Source: a virus (Duplodnaviria; Caudoviricetes). Taken from it: a DNA stretch of 57,515 nucleotides. The stretch is from the IMG/VR virus record IMGVR_UViG_3300042549_001260, positions 1 to 57,515 of that record; one strand, 5' to 3'. The position numbers and the translations under genes are program-made. This document shows, one piece after another, positions 36,053 to 45,951 of the stretch; positions within the stretch are counted from its first letter, which is position 1, and each line of letters opens with the position of its first letter. Under the pieces are notes generated by a model, which was given only the letters and a program-made list of their open reading frames with translations, searched no databases and was not told the DNA's origin.

Positions 36053-38152
36053 TTGGAAATGAGAATGGAAGAAGACAACATCTCCCCCGACAGCATTAAG
36101 ATGCTTGCAGTCGAGGATACTTCTGGCGACACGAACACTGATAAAAAAGCAGGTACGATTGTCTCCTATGTGGAAGAGCGTTTCTCTAAGGCTGAGACTG
36201 CGAGAGAGACGGAGGAGTATCGTTGGATTACGGCCTATCGCAATTATCGCGGTCTGTACGGACCTGATGTCAAATTTACTGATACTGAAAAATCTCAGGT
36301 ATTTGTCAAAGTTACTAAGACTAAAGTACTTGCTGCTTTCGGGCAGATGACCGAGGTGCTCTTCGGTGGTAATAAGTTTCCTATCACTATTGACCCTACT
36401 ACGCTCCCTGAGGGTGTAGTAGATACAGCCCATATTGAGACTAACGACGAAGTGAAGAAGGCAGAAAAGTCTGCTGGTGTTAAACCTCTGCTTCCCGGCG
36501 AGACCATGCAGGACTATCGTGAGCGCCTTGGTGGACTCAAGAAAGAGCTTGAGCCTGTCGAAGAAGTTCGTCCCGGCCCCGGCATGACTCCCTCTCAGAT
36601 CACCTTCGAACCTGCCATGATTGCAGCCAAGAAGATGGAAAAGAAAATCCACGACCAACTTGAAGAGTCTCATGCCTCCAAGCACCTGCGGTCTACTGCC
36701 TTTGAGTGCGCCCTGTTTGGGACTGGCGTTATGAAGGGTCCGTTTGCAGTCGATAAAGAATATCCTCGTTGGGATGATAAGGGTGCTTATGACCCAGTAA
36801 TTAAGACTGTCCCCATGGTCTCTAATGTATCTATCTGGAACTTCTACCCGGACCCAGATGCCAACAATATGGAAGAGTCTGAGTTTGCTATTGAGCGTCA
36901 CAAGATGTCTCGCAGTGATCTCCGTAAGCTTGCTACCCGACCTTATTTCCGTAAGAATGAGATTGAAACTGCAATCAAGTTTGGCCCCAACTACATCAAA
37001 GAGTGGTGGGAACAGGTTATGGAGGATGATGCTCAACAACCCAGCACAGAGCGATATGAAGTTCTGGAGTTCTGGGGTAATGTGGACAAAGAAATTCTAG
37101 AGAACCACAATGTTACCATCCCTGCTGCACTCAAGAATAAACTTGAAGTGTCAGTCAATATCTGGGTCTGCAATGGCAGAGTTCTTCGCCTTGTGATGAA
37201 CCCCTTCACACCCACGATCATCCCCTTCTATGTTGTCCCCTATGAGATTAATCCCTATTCGATATGGGGTGTTGGTGTTGCAGAGAATATGGACGACACT
37301 CAGACCCTGATGAACGGGTTTATGCGTATGGCAGTGGACAACGCTGCTCTGAGTGGCAACCTGTTGATTGAAGTGGACGAGACAAACCTTGTTCCCGGTC
37401 AAGACTTGAGTGTGTACCCCGGTAAAGTTTTCCGGCGTCAGGGTGGCGCTCCGGGTCAAGCTATCTTCGGCACAAAGTTCCCCAACGTCTCCAACGAAAA
37501 TATGCAGATGTTTGATAAAGCCAGAGTATTGGCCGATGAATCTACTGGGTTCCCGTCGTTTGCCCATGGCCAGACTGGTGTGAGTGGTGTTGGTCGTACA
37601 GCCTCGGGCATCTCTATGCTGATGTCTGCTGCTAATGGTTCTATCCGCACTGTGGTCAAGAACATCGACGACTACCTGCTTGCCCCTCTTGGTAAGGCCC
37701 TATTCAGCTTCAATATGCAGTTTGACTTTGACCCTGAGATTAAGGGTGACTTAGAAGTTAAAGCTGCTGGCACTGAATCCTTGATGGCCAACGAAGTTCG
37801 TTCGCAGCGTCTGATGCAGTTCCTTGGTGTTGTCCAGAACCCTGTTCTAGCTCCGTTTGCTCGTATGGATTACATTGTTCGTGAGATTGCTAAGTCCATG
37901 GACCTTGACCCTGATAAGGTTGCAAACTCTATGCAACGTGCAGCCATTCAAGCCGAAATCCTCAAGAGCTTCCAAGCAACTCAGCCTCCCGCTCCTGAGC
38001 AAGGGCAACAACCCGGACAGCCTCCTGCCGCTCCTGCAGGTGTTCAGGCTCAGGATACGACAGGCTCTGGTGGTGGCAACATAGGTACTGGTTCTGTCCC
38101 CACTCCGGGTGAGCAAGGATTTTCAGCCAATACTGGTGAGGGTCAACAGTGA
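36053..38152 (+). CDS. Portal protein
   Basis: FGTGVMK, FYPDP, G.GV.E, TASG.SML motifs; follows TerL. Confidence 0.9.
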   Translation: MEMRMEEDNISPDSIKMLAVEDTSGDTNTDKKAGTIVSYVEERFSKAETARETEEYRWITAYRNYRGLYGPDVKFTDTEKSQVFVKVTKTKVLAAFGQMTEVLFGGNKFPITIDPTTLPEGVVDTAHIETNDEVKKAEKSAGVKPLLPGETMQDYRERLGGLKKELEPVEEVRPGPGMTPSQITFEPAMIAAKKMEKKIHDQLEESHASKHLRSTAFECALFGTGVMKGPFAVDKEYPRWDDKGAYDPVIKTVPMVSNVSIWNFYPDPDANNMEESEFAIERHKMSRSDLRKLATRPYFRKNEIETAIKFGPNYIKEWWEQVMEDDAQQPSTERYEVLEFWGNVDKEILENHNVTIPAALKNKLEVSVNIWVCNGRVLRLVMNPFTPTIIPFYVVPYEINPYSIWGVGVAENMDDTQTLMNGFMRMAVDNAALSGNLLIEVDETNLVPGQDLSVYPGKVFRRQGGAPGQAIFGTKFPNVSNENMQMFDKARVLADESTGFPSFAHGQTGVSGVGRTASGISMLMSAANGSIRTVVKNIDDYLLAPLGKALFSFNMQFDFDPEIKGDLEVKAAGTESLMANEVRSQRLMQFLGVVQNPVLAPFARMDYIVREIAKSMDLDPDKVANSMQRAAIQAEILKSFQATQPPAPEQGQQPGQPPAAPAGVQAQDTTGSGGGNIGTGSVPTPGEQGFSANTGEGQQ

Positions 38153-38340
38153 ACCTAAAGCCTTTCGTCAACAATAAAGAACTCTGGACAGACTTCCAGC
38201 AAGAGTTGGGTAACAGAATCCAAGCCTGCTATAAGAAGCTTGAACAGGTTACAGACACTGTGGATATTTACCGGACTCAAGGGGAGATTCAAGCCTTGAA
38301 GAACCTGATGAAACTCCGTGACAAGGTGAATGCAGAATGA
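38149..38340 (+). CDS. Small conserved post-portal protein
   Basis: QG.IQALK.L..L helix. Confidence 0.75.
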   Translation: MNLKPFVNNKELWTDFQQELGNRIQACYKKLEQVTDTVDIYRTQGEIQALKNLMKLRDKVNAE

Positions 38341-41300
38341 GACTCAAGGACCAAACAGAAGAAGCTTTTTCTGCCCCAAATCGTAAGTCTGCTTACCTAA
38401 AAGCCAGAGCAGAAACTCCAGAGCAAAAAGGGCTTTCTTACACAGACCTTCTTGTAGACAATATCATTGGCCTTGATAACGACTATGAATCCTTTGGGGA
38501 AGCTTTTGGTAAAGCTTTCAACGAGGACGAAATTGGTACTCTAAAGAACATGGCTGTCAGTGCCTACGAGGGTGCCAAGGAGTTTGTCACAAGCCCTATT
38601 GAGACGACAAAAGATGTTGCTACAGAGATTTCCGATAGCGTTTCCAGACTTGGTGCAGAAAGCCTTGATGGCAGAATCAAGCGGATGTATGGTGTAGGTT
38701 ATCAAGAAGCCACTGACGAACAGGTTACTAAAGCACGAGAGGCTGTCATTGGTGATGCAATCACTGCTTCCTCTCTGGTCCCTGCTGCCAAGGGTGCAAC
38801 GACAGTAGCTAAGGCTGCTATCCCCGGCAAGATTCAGGCTGATGTTGTGGGCCAAATGCGTTCTTTGCTTGACGGTGATAAAGAGTTCAGAACTGAATCC
38901 AAGAAACCCGCACAAGGCTTGAGTGCTCAGGCTGTTGAAAGTGCAACTAATGAGGGCCAAGACAACCTTAGAGGTGTCACAGCTAAACCGAGTACTTTTT
39001 CTGCAAGAAAAAACAGAACAGACCTTCCCCCAGTAGAAAAATATCTTCCGAAAAAAGGGGAGGTTACCCCAGACTTCCAAAGTGCTTTGAGCAGTGTTAA
39101 AAAAGACTATGCAGAGCAACTTGAGGCTGCTAAAAAGAGGGGTGGCGGTGCAAGTCAAATGTTTTACGCTAGAAGTCTTTCTTTGCTAGAAAATGCAGAT
39201 GAGAACTTGGTAAGAGACATTGCTGATGCAGCCTACTCTGAAGACCCTAGAGACTCCGCAAGGAGGCTTTTGTACAAATATGATGAGTCAGTAATCCCAG
39301 ACGATGTTACGATCAGTGATCTACAGGAACTTGGTATCCGGCTTGGACAATCTTTCTCAGGCAAACTAGGTCCAAAAGAAGCCCCAAGCACACAGTTTAG
39401 GTCTGCTACGGAAGAAGCAACTCAAGCTATGGAAGTTGGGAAGAAGGGTCTTCTTGGCGCACGTTTCTTAAAGCAACTAAAGAAAAACCCTGACGTGCGC
39501 GACACTGAATGGACTGCACTCAACCTTGAGATTGACCCAAACAAACTTTACTCTAAGGAAGAGCTTGTTGATATCGTGGGCAATAAAACCTATGATGTTT
39601 CTGTTAAGAATACTAAAGAGTTTGGAGTTTTTCAAAGGCAGAAAGCTTTGGGTCTGGGGGGTGATGAGAAGGATTACTTTGAGCTTGTTATTGAAGCAAA
39701 AGCTAAGGATGGGACGACCTTTAAGCCAAAAGACAATCACTACTCAGAGGACACTATTGCGCATACCAGAGCTTCTGTAAAAGGTCCGTTGGAGGGTGTT
39801 TCTGATAAAGACTTTATCTTGGCAGAAGAGTTCCAGTCCGACTTATTGCAAAAAGGGTTTTTACCTGCAGGTAAAGGAAGCACTGCAAGCATTGACGAAA
39901 ACTTGACGAAAGTTGACACTGAATTTGGCACTCAACTTACGCAAGCTATTGAAGACGGTTATCAAGATTTTGTATGGGATGATGACACAGCAGAGCTTAA
40001 GATCGTTGAGATTACACCAGAAAACAACCCACAAGTACAGCTTCTACAACGCTGGAACGAGTTAGACGAAGGGGAAAAAAGGAATATTGTCTCCTTGGCA
40101 ACTCTTCCAGAAGGTGCAGATAGGTACCAACAAACTAGGCAGGCAGTTCAAAAAGCCTTCAATAAAACCACCTCCGATACTTACAACATAGATCGTGTTA
40201 TTGAGACTATCTTGAGGTCTGCAAAACCCTCAGAAGTCGCTGTTAGAAAACCTCCTATTGAAAAGATTGGAGAATCTGTAAGTTTGGCCATAGACTCTCT
40301 TCTGGCAGAAGGGCAGAGACGTGGCATTACAACACTTGTTATTCCACCTTTTGAAAAGATAGTTGAAGCTAGGCACCCTAAGGGCAGTAAGCTCTATCTG
40401 GATGCAGTCTCTAAAAAAAGCGGTTTTTACCAAACATACATAACGGCAGTAGATAAAAAGCTGAAAGAGCTTAAAGCTATTGGTGGAGTCAATGTTGAAA
40501 AAATTGACATGACGTACCCCAAGTCCTATGAGGGTAGTGTCACAGACGTACTCGTAAATTTGTCGGATGAAGACCTTGATAGAGTTTTTACAAGGATTTA
40601 TGGGGATGAATATACTTCTGGTGACCTTGGGAGCAGGGACAGATTGTTCCAAAATGAACTACAAGAGTTTGCGATAAATAGTGATTTGGAAGACTATTAC
40701 AGTCAAACTCTAAGGGAGACAAATCTTTTGCCTGCCGTAGTGGATCAGAAACTTAAGGGTACAAAGATTGAGTTTAGTGGGCTTGCAGGAGACAGGGACT
40801 TGACCCGCCCAAGATTTGCCCAAGGTGGCATGGTAGAGGATGAACAAATGAATAGACTGATGCAAGAAGGTGGTATGGCTGATGACGGAATGAACCGTGA
40901 GCCTGTCACTGGTAACGAAATCCCTCCGGGTTCCTTGGCTTCGGAAGTGCGAGATGACATTCCTGCCCAACTCTCTGAGGGTGAGTATGTTGTACCTGCA
41001 GATGTGTTGCGCTACTACGGTGTAAGATTCTTCGAAGACCTTCGTGCTCAGGCTAAGCAGGGCATGATGGAGATGGAGTCTGACGGTCGTATCGGTGGTA
41101 CCCCCGTAAACGCTCAGGGAGTGCCCATGGAGAGCCAAGATGAAGAGCTTACCCCTGAGGAAGAGCAGATGCTGGTTGAGGCTCTAGGAGGCTCTGGGGC
41201 TGCGCCTGTGGGGGGTGCTCGGACTGCGCCTGTGCGGATGGCCTATGGTGGCATGGTTGAGCAGCCTGCTCCTACTCCTTACCAAGACCAAGCTACCATG

Positions 41301-42368
41301 TACCAGATGCCTGAAGGTATGGGTGGCCCCATGGGTATGCAAGAGGGTGGTCTTACAAGAGACAGCACTTCTACTTTTGATCGTACTCAATTCACTATCC
41401 CAGAATCTTCAGATGCTTTTGAAGCTCGTAAATATATTAATCCCACAACTGGCGAAGAAAAAACAGTTCAATTCCTTAACGGCCTGCCAATGGGTTTTGT
41501 GCCTGAAGGTTTTGTTCCGTGGACCCCTGCCCTTGCAGAACAGTCTCAGAGTGGTACTCAGGCCCCAAGAATCCAAACCCCCAGTGTAAAACCTGTAGAG
41601 GTTGAACGTGGTGGAAGAGATATGGATCAAACTCCCACGACTGGTGAAGGTTCTGTTGGGATGAACTATCAAGGTTGGGCCGAAAAAAATTCTGATGCGA
41701 TTAAGTCTGACCCCTTTGCTTTTGGTATGAATGCACTTAAAGGTGCAGAAAATACGATGGGATTTTTTGGTAAAACTCCTATTGGAGGTCTAATCAGCGA
41801 CGTTAATAAGCTGAGTGCACTTTCAAATGCACAGTTTGCCCTATCTCAGCCTATGTCTAAAGAGCAAAAAAATACCCTCGAAGCTGCAATTAAATCCATG
41901 GAAAACAGTTTGAGTACGCCTGTTGCAACTATTGCAGTAAAAACTGACCTTGCTGCCCAAGGCACTCAGAAAAAGAACGCGTGGGAAGCTTATACCAGTA
42001 AGGCTACTGACACAGCCCCCAGCACAGGTCTGGCAGGTAAACCTTCTGATGCCACTGCGTCTACGGCAGGTGCTGGACGTAATATCCCCGGTGATACTGA
42101 TCCTAGCGGTGGCGTAACCAGATCAGGGGGAAGAGACCAACAAGGCACTTCAGGTACTCCAGTAGGAACATCTAAAGATAAGGCTGCTGTGGGTAATCTT
42201 GCTGCAGACAAAGCACTCGCAGATAAGGCCGCTGCTCAGACAGATAAAGAAAAAGCTGACAAAGAGGCTGTATCAAGAGCACAAGGTGATATTACTAGAA
42301 GGGCAGAGGGTGGTTTGATTAGTAAGCCCCAAAAAACTGTTCGTAGTAGAAAAGGTCTTGCCTCCTAA
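38337..42368 (+). CDS. Large multidomain (polyvalent-type) virion protein, 1343 aa
   Basis: IAHTR...EEFQSD domain, DDIPAQLSEGEYVVP module, five xxxGG motifs. Confidence 0.6.
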   Translation: MRLKDQTEEAFSAPNRKSAYLKARAETPEQKGLSYTDLLVDNIIGLDNDYESFGEAFGKAFNEDEIGTLKNMAVSAYEGAKEFVTSPIETTKDVATEISDSVSRLGAESLDGRIKRMYGVGYQEATDEQVTKAREAVIGDAITASSLVPAAKGATTVAKAAIPGKIQADVVGQMRSLLDGDKEFRTESKKPAQGLSAQAVESATNEGQDNLRGVTAKPSTFSARKNRTDLPPVEKYLPKKGEVTPDFQSALSSVKKDYAEQLEAAKKRGGGASQMFYARSLSLLENADENLVRDIADAAYSEDPRDSARRLLYKYDESVIPDDVTISDLQELGIRLGQSFSGKLGPKEAPSTQFRSATEEATQAMEVGKKGLLGARFLKQLKKNPDVRDTEWTALNLEIDPNKLYSKEELVDIVGNKTYDVSVKNTKEFGVFQRQKALGLGGDEKDYFELVIEAKAKDGTTFKPKDNHYSEDTIAHTRASVKGPLEGVSDKDFILAEEFQSDLLQKGFLPAGKGSTASIDENLTKVDTEFGTQLTQAIEDGYQDFVWDDDTAELKIVEITPENNPQVQLLQRWNELDEGEKRNIVSLATLPEGADRYQQTRQAVQKAFNKTTSDTYNIDRVIETILRSAKPSEVAVRKPPIEKIGESVSLAIDSLLAEGQRRGITTLVIPPFEKIVEARHPKGSKLYLDAVSKKSGFYQTYITAVDKKLKELKAIGGVNVEKIDMTYPKSYEGSVTDVLVNLSDEDLDRVFTRIYGDEYTSGDLGSRDRLFQNELQEFAINSDLEDYYSQTLRETNLLPAVVDQKLKGTKIEFSGLAGDRDLTRPRFAQGGMVEDEQMNRLMQEGGMADDGMNREPVTGNEIPPGSLASEVRDDIPAQLSEGEYVVPADVLRYYGVRFFEDLRAQAKQGMMEMESDGRIGGTPVNAQGVPMESQDEELTPEEEQMLVEALGGSGAAPVGGARTAPVRMAYGGMVEQPAPTPYQDQATMYQMPEGMGGPMGMQEGGLTRDSTSTFDRTQFTIPESSDAFEARKYINPTTGEEKTVQFLNGLPMGFVPEGFVPWTPALAEQSQSGTQAPRIQTPSVKPVEVERGGRDMDQTPTTGEGSVGMNYQGWAEKNSDAIKSDPFAFGMNALKGAENTMGFFGKTPIGGLISDVNKLSALSNAQFALSQPMSKEQKNTLEAAIKSMENSLSTPVATIAVKTDLAAQGTQKKNAWEAYTSKATDTAPSTGLAGKPSDATASTAGAGRNIPGDTDPSGGVTRSGGRDQQGTSGTPVGTSKDKAAVGNLAADKALADKAAAQTDKEKADKEAVSRAQGDITRRAEGGLISKPQKTVRSRKGLAS

Positions 42369-42386
42369 CCAAGACTGTGCTATACA
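42358..42386 (+). promoter_or_regulatory. Scaffold promoter
   Basis: TTGCCT-N17-TATACA with TG extension. Confidence 0.55.
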
Positions 42387-42394
42387 AACAATAA

Positions 42395-42418
42395 GGCTAC
42401 CCAGCCAAGGCTGGCCCC
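42395..42418 (+). promoter_or_regulatory. Leader hairpin with TAC/CC internal loop before the scaffold RBS
   Basis: GG-CTAC-CCAGC-caag-GCTGG-CC-CC. Confidence 0.55.
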
Positions 42419-42435
42419 AACATAAAGGATAAAGA

Positions 42436-43287
42436 ATGTCTGTAACTAAAGTCTACGTTGATTCCTCTTTCAGCAGTCGTAATCGTAAGCGTATTGAGGA
42501 TGAGGAAAAAGAACTTGAAGAGCTAATTAATAATACAAAGGCTCCAGAAAAAGAACCTAAGGAAGAGGTTAAGACCCAAGAGGTTGAGCCTGAACCTAAC
42601 GACCCGGAAGAGAAGTCTTTTAAGAAACGCTATGGTGATCTACGTAGACACCTTTCCGAGAAAGAAAAAGAGTGGGAGACGAAGTTTGAGGAGTTGAAGA
42701 ACTCTGTGTCACCCAGTGCACGTATTTTGCCCCCTAAGTCTGATGAAGATATTGCAGCTTGGGCCAGTAAGTATCCTGATGTTGCATCCATTGTTGAGAC
42801 TATTGCAAATAAGAAAGCAGAAGAAAAGCTCTCAAAGTACAAGAACAAGTTTGATGAGTATGAAAAGTTGTCTGTTGAGGCGGTACGGAATAAAGCTCTT
42901 GATGCTATCCGAGTGTCTCACTCTGACTTTGATAACCTCCGTAAGTCTGACGAATTCCATAATTGGGTAGAAGAACAACCCAAGTGGGTTCAGGATGCTC
43001 TCTACGAGAACGAAGAAGATGCCCATGCAGTAATCCGTGTCCTTGACCTATACAAAGTCGATAAGGGTCTCACCCCCTCGGCCCTAAAGGCAAAGAGCAA
43101 AGATGCTGCCTCTCTCATCCAAACCAAAACCAAGGCCAACGTGGACTTCGATAAGGACGGTGAGAAGATTTACGAATCCCGTGTTGCCAAAATGAACATG
43201 GATGAATACGCCAAGAACGAGGGCAAAATCATGGAATCTATCCGTAAGGGTACTTTTGTGTATGATCTCTCCGGTGGCGCAAGATAG
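42436..43287 (+). CDS. Putative capsid scaffolding protein
   Basis: Charged helical protein directly before the MCP; FKKRYGDLRRH. Confidence 0.75.
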   Translation: MSVTKVYVDSSFSSRNRKRIEDEEKELEELINNTKAPEKEPKEEVKTQEVEPEPNDPEEKSFKKRYGDLRRHLSEKEKEWETKFEELKNSVSPSARILPPKSDEDIAAWASKYPDVASIVETIANKKAEEKLSKYKNKFDEYEKLSVEAVRNKALDAIRVSHSDFDNLRKSDEFHNWVEEQPKWVQDALYENEEDAHAVIRVLDLYKVDKGLTPSALKAKSKDAASLIQTKTKANVDFDKDGEKIYESRVAKMNMDEYAKNEGKIMESIRKGTFVYDLSGGAR

Positions 43288-43289
43288 TG

Positions 43290-43320
43290 CTTGACAACTA
43301 AGGACTTCTTCATATAACTA
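43290..43320 (+). promoter_or_regulatory. Capsid operon promoter
   Basis: CTTGAC-N17-TATAACTA. Confidence 0.7.
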
Positions 43321-43323
43321 CCA

Positions 43324-43488
43324 CAAATAGCTGTGGCCTCTTAGTGACACCCATGGCTATTTGTTTTCCCTTAAAGCTTAACCATCAAGTAAGACTTACC
43401 TGACTAAGTACAGGCCTATGATCTTCTCATCATAACTGATCCTTATGAAACCCAGACCATACACCCTAGAATCCCGTCAGCCTCTTAT
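43324..43488 (+). ncRNA. Structured 5' leader of the major capsid mRNA
   Basis: Two hairpins containing three YAC/CC internal loops (pairings in findings). Confidence 0.6.
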
Positions 43489-43538
43489 AGAAATGTTTTG
43501 CTTCTAATCAAAGCCAAATATCATAGGAGGATTTTCTC

Positions 43539-44615
43539 ATGGCTTTCCAAACTGCTGCTGGCTGGTCGAACCTGCCCAATGGAAATTTTTCTTCGGTCAT
43601 CTACTCGAAGAAAGTTCAACTCGCTCTCCGTAAAGCAACTGTGGTTGGTGACATCACTAACTCGGATTACTTCGGTGAAATCTCGGCTCAGGGTGATACC
43701 GTTCGTATCATCAAAGAACCGGAAATCTCGGTCTCGAACTACGCACGTGGTACCCAGATTCAAGCTCAAGACCTCGACGATGAAGACTTCTCGCTGGTTA
43801 TCGACAAGGCTAACTACTTTGCCTTCAAAGTTGATGACATCGAAGAAGCCCACTCGCACGTCAACTTCATGGACCTTGCTACCAACCGTGCAGCCTACCG
43901 TTTGGCTGACAACCATGACCAAGAAGTTCTGGGCTATCTGTCGGGCTACAAGCAGACCGCTCTCCATGCTAACGCTGGTACAGTGAATGACGTTGTGAAT
44001 GGCACCAAAGCTATCACCACGGCTGGTTCGGATGAACTGCTGTCTTCGATGAAGCTCTCGCGTCCTTCGTTTGGCAACATCACCACGGCTGGTAGCGCTG
44101 GGGACTCTATCCCGGTTGCTGCTCGTCTTCCGGGTGCTAGTGCTCTCCCTACCACTCATGTCTCGCCTGTCATGCTGATTAACCGCATGGGCCGTCTGCT
44201 CGACCAGCAGAACGTGGACAAAGCTGGCCGTTGGTTGGTGATTGACCCCGTGATGATGGAAGTCCTGATGGACGAAGATTCGCGCTTCCTGAATGCAGAT
44301 CAGGGTGAGTCGGGTGCTCTGCGTAACGGTCTGGTTTTGACGAACTGGAACGGCTTCCGCGTCTACGTGTCGAACAACCTGCCGCAAGTCGGTACTGGTT
44401 CGTCCTTCGTGGGTAACTCCAGCGCACAGTCCACGAACTACGGTGTGATCGTTGCTGGTCATGACTCGGCTGTGGCTACCGCTGAGCAGATCAACAAGAC
44501 CGAGACCTACCGTGACCCGGACTCGTTCGCTGACATCGTGCGTGGTATGCACCTGTACGGTCGTAAGATTCTGCGCCCGGAAGCTCTGACGGTTGCTCGT
44601 TACAACCTCGCCTAA
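43539..44615 (+). CDS. Major capsid protein
   Basis: YFGEI...GDTV.I, E.YRD...FAD.V.G..LYG.K.LRP; strongly biased codons; AGGAGG RBS. Confidence 0.92.
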   Translation: MAFQTAAGWSNLPNGNFSSVIYSKKVQLALRKATVVGDITNSDYFGEISAQGDTVRIIKEPEISVSNYARGTQIQAQDLDDEDFSLVIDKANYFAFKVDDIEEAHSHVNFMDLATNRAAYRLADNHDQEVLGYLSGYKQTALHANAGTVNDVVNGTKAITTAGSDELLSSMKLSRPSFGNITTAGSAGDSIPVAARLPGASALPTTHVSPVMLINRMGRLLDQQNVDKAGRWLVIDPVMMEVLMDEDSRFLNADQGESGALRNGLVLTNWNGFRVYVSNNLPQVGTGSSFVGNSSAQSTNYGVIVAGHDSAVATAEQINKTETYRDPDSFADIVRGMHLYGRKILRPEALTVARYNLA

Positions 44616-44626
44616 TATAGACCCTA

Positions 44627-44651
44627 AGGTATCCCTCTGTGGGGTACCCTT
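44627..44651 (+). terminator. Hairpin after the MCP gene (attenuator or stability element)
   Basis: ggtatccc/ggggtacc stem with a weak T tail. Confidence 0.5.
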
Positions 44652-44676
44652 AACCGCCATAGGAAAGGACACTTAA

Positions 44677-45165
44677 ATGGCTACTGTTACCACTCTCGCG
44701 GGCGGGTCTGTTGATGGCTTCACCGCTGGGCGTATGCCCTACTTCAAAGAAGTCTTGGTTGACTTCGCCGCTGCTGCTACTGCCAAGGGTTCGGCTCTGG
44801 CTGCTGCTGACGTGATCGAAGCTATCTCGGTCCCCACCAATACCATGATCCTGAATGCTGGCTTCGAGGTTATCACCGCTGCTGGTGGTGAGTCGAATGA
44901 CAACACTCTGGACCTCGGCACTGGTGCGGATGCTGACGTTTTTGTTGACGGTTTCGACTTTGACGCTGCTGCTGCTGGCGCTTACGCTCAGAACGCTGCT
45001 GCCTTCCAGCCCCTCGTGGTTGGTGGTACTGCTGACACCATTGACCTGACGATTGCCACCGCTACGACTGCCCCGACCTCGGGTGTTGTTCGTGTGTGGG
45101 CTGTTCTGATTGACATTGATGCACGTAAGACCGCTGCAGAAGTTGACCGCGACACTCTCGCCTAA
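44677..45165 (+). CDS. Putative capsid decoration/cement protein
   Basis: Ala-rich beta protein with MCP-like codon bias, directly after the MCP. Confidence 0.65.
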   Translation: MATVTTLAGGSVDGFTAGRMPYFKEVLVDFAAAATAKGSALAAADVIEAISVPTNTMILNAGFEVITAAGGESNDNTLDLGTGADADVFVDGFDFDAAAAGAYAQNAAAFQPLVVGGTADTIDLTIATATTAPTSGVVRVWAVLIDIDARKTAAEVDRDTLA

Positions 45166-45175
45166 TTAAAACATT

Positions 45176-45207
45176 AGGGTGTCCTCTAGGGGGCACCCTT
45201 CACTTTT
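45176..45207 (+). terminator. Rho-independent terminator
   Basis: agggtgtcct-ctag-ggggcaccct, then T-rich. Confidence 0.75.
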
Positions 45208-45227
45208 ATCTGTGAAGGATAGGCAAC

Positions 45228-45950
45228 GTGTCAGCTTACAATTTTCTTGGCCTTGTGAATGATGTAAATCGTAGGCTCAATGAAGTAGAGTTGACATCCA
45301 GCAACTTTGCTTCTGCTGTTGGCTTCTATTCTTCTGCTAAAGACTCCATTAACTCTGCCATTCAGTACATTGGTCAGAGTCAGTTCGAGTGGCCCTTCAA
45401 CCACGTGTTGCAAGAGGAAACCCTGACTCCCGGTACAATCAGATACTCATACCCCAACGATGCAAAGACGATTGATTTTGACACGTTTAGAATTAAGCGT
45501 AACGACACTTTTAACAACACTACTCAGAAACTCCGTATTATCTCTTACGAAGACTACCTAGAAAACTATATAGACGATGAGTACAATACTGCAAATACTT
45601 CCATCAGGAGCCTTCCCCAGAGGGTGTTTAGAACCCCAAATCAAGGTTATGGAGTGCATCCCGCACCGAACTACGAGTATGAGTTGGCTTACGAATACTA
45701 CAGGCTTCCTATTGATTTGGTGAATGCTACAGACGTACCTTCTTTGTCAGAGCAGTTTCGTTCTGTCATTGTTGATGGTGCTATGTACTACGCATACACT
45801 TTCCGTGGTAACACTCAGGATGCTACCCTGCACCTGCAGAAGTTTGATGAAGGTATTAAGGACATGAGAACCCTCTACATCAATCGTTATGATTATGTCA
45901 GAGACACCCGTGTTATGAGAAACATTTCTAACAACGCGCGGGTTGGGTGA
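45228..45950 (+). CDS. Tail adaptor (tubular protein A-like)
   Basis: FL.LVN.V..RLNE, WPF, P.P...Y....YY; position. Confidence 0.7.
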   Translation: MSAYNFLGLVNDVNRRLNEVELTSSNFASAVGFYSSAKDSINSAIQYIGQSQFEWPFNHVLQEETLTPGTIRYSYPNDAKTIDFDTFRIKRNDTFNNTTQKLRIISYEDYLENYIDDEYNTANTSIRSLPQRVFRTPNQGYGVHPAPNYEYELAYEYYRLPIDLVNATDVPSLSEQFRSVIVDGAMYYAYTFRGNTQDATLHLQKFDEGIKDMRTLYINRYDYVRDTRVMRNISNNARVG

Positions 45951-45951
45951 G

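Noticed and set aside
35978-44672. Long antisense ORFs (35978-37039, 43521-44672; likewise 12910-13644, 14379-15296, 52306-53412)
   Set aside because: Shadow frames of codon-biased genes, with no RBS or recognisable motifs
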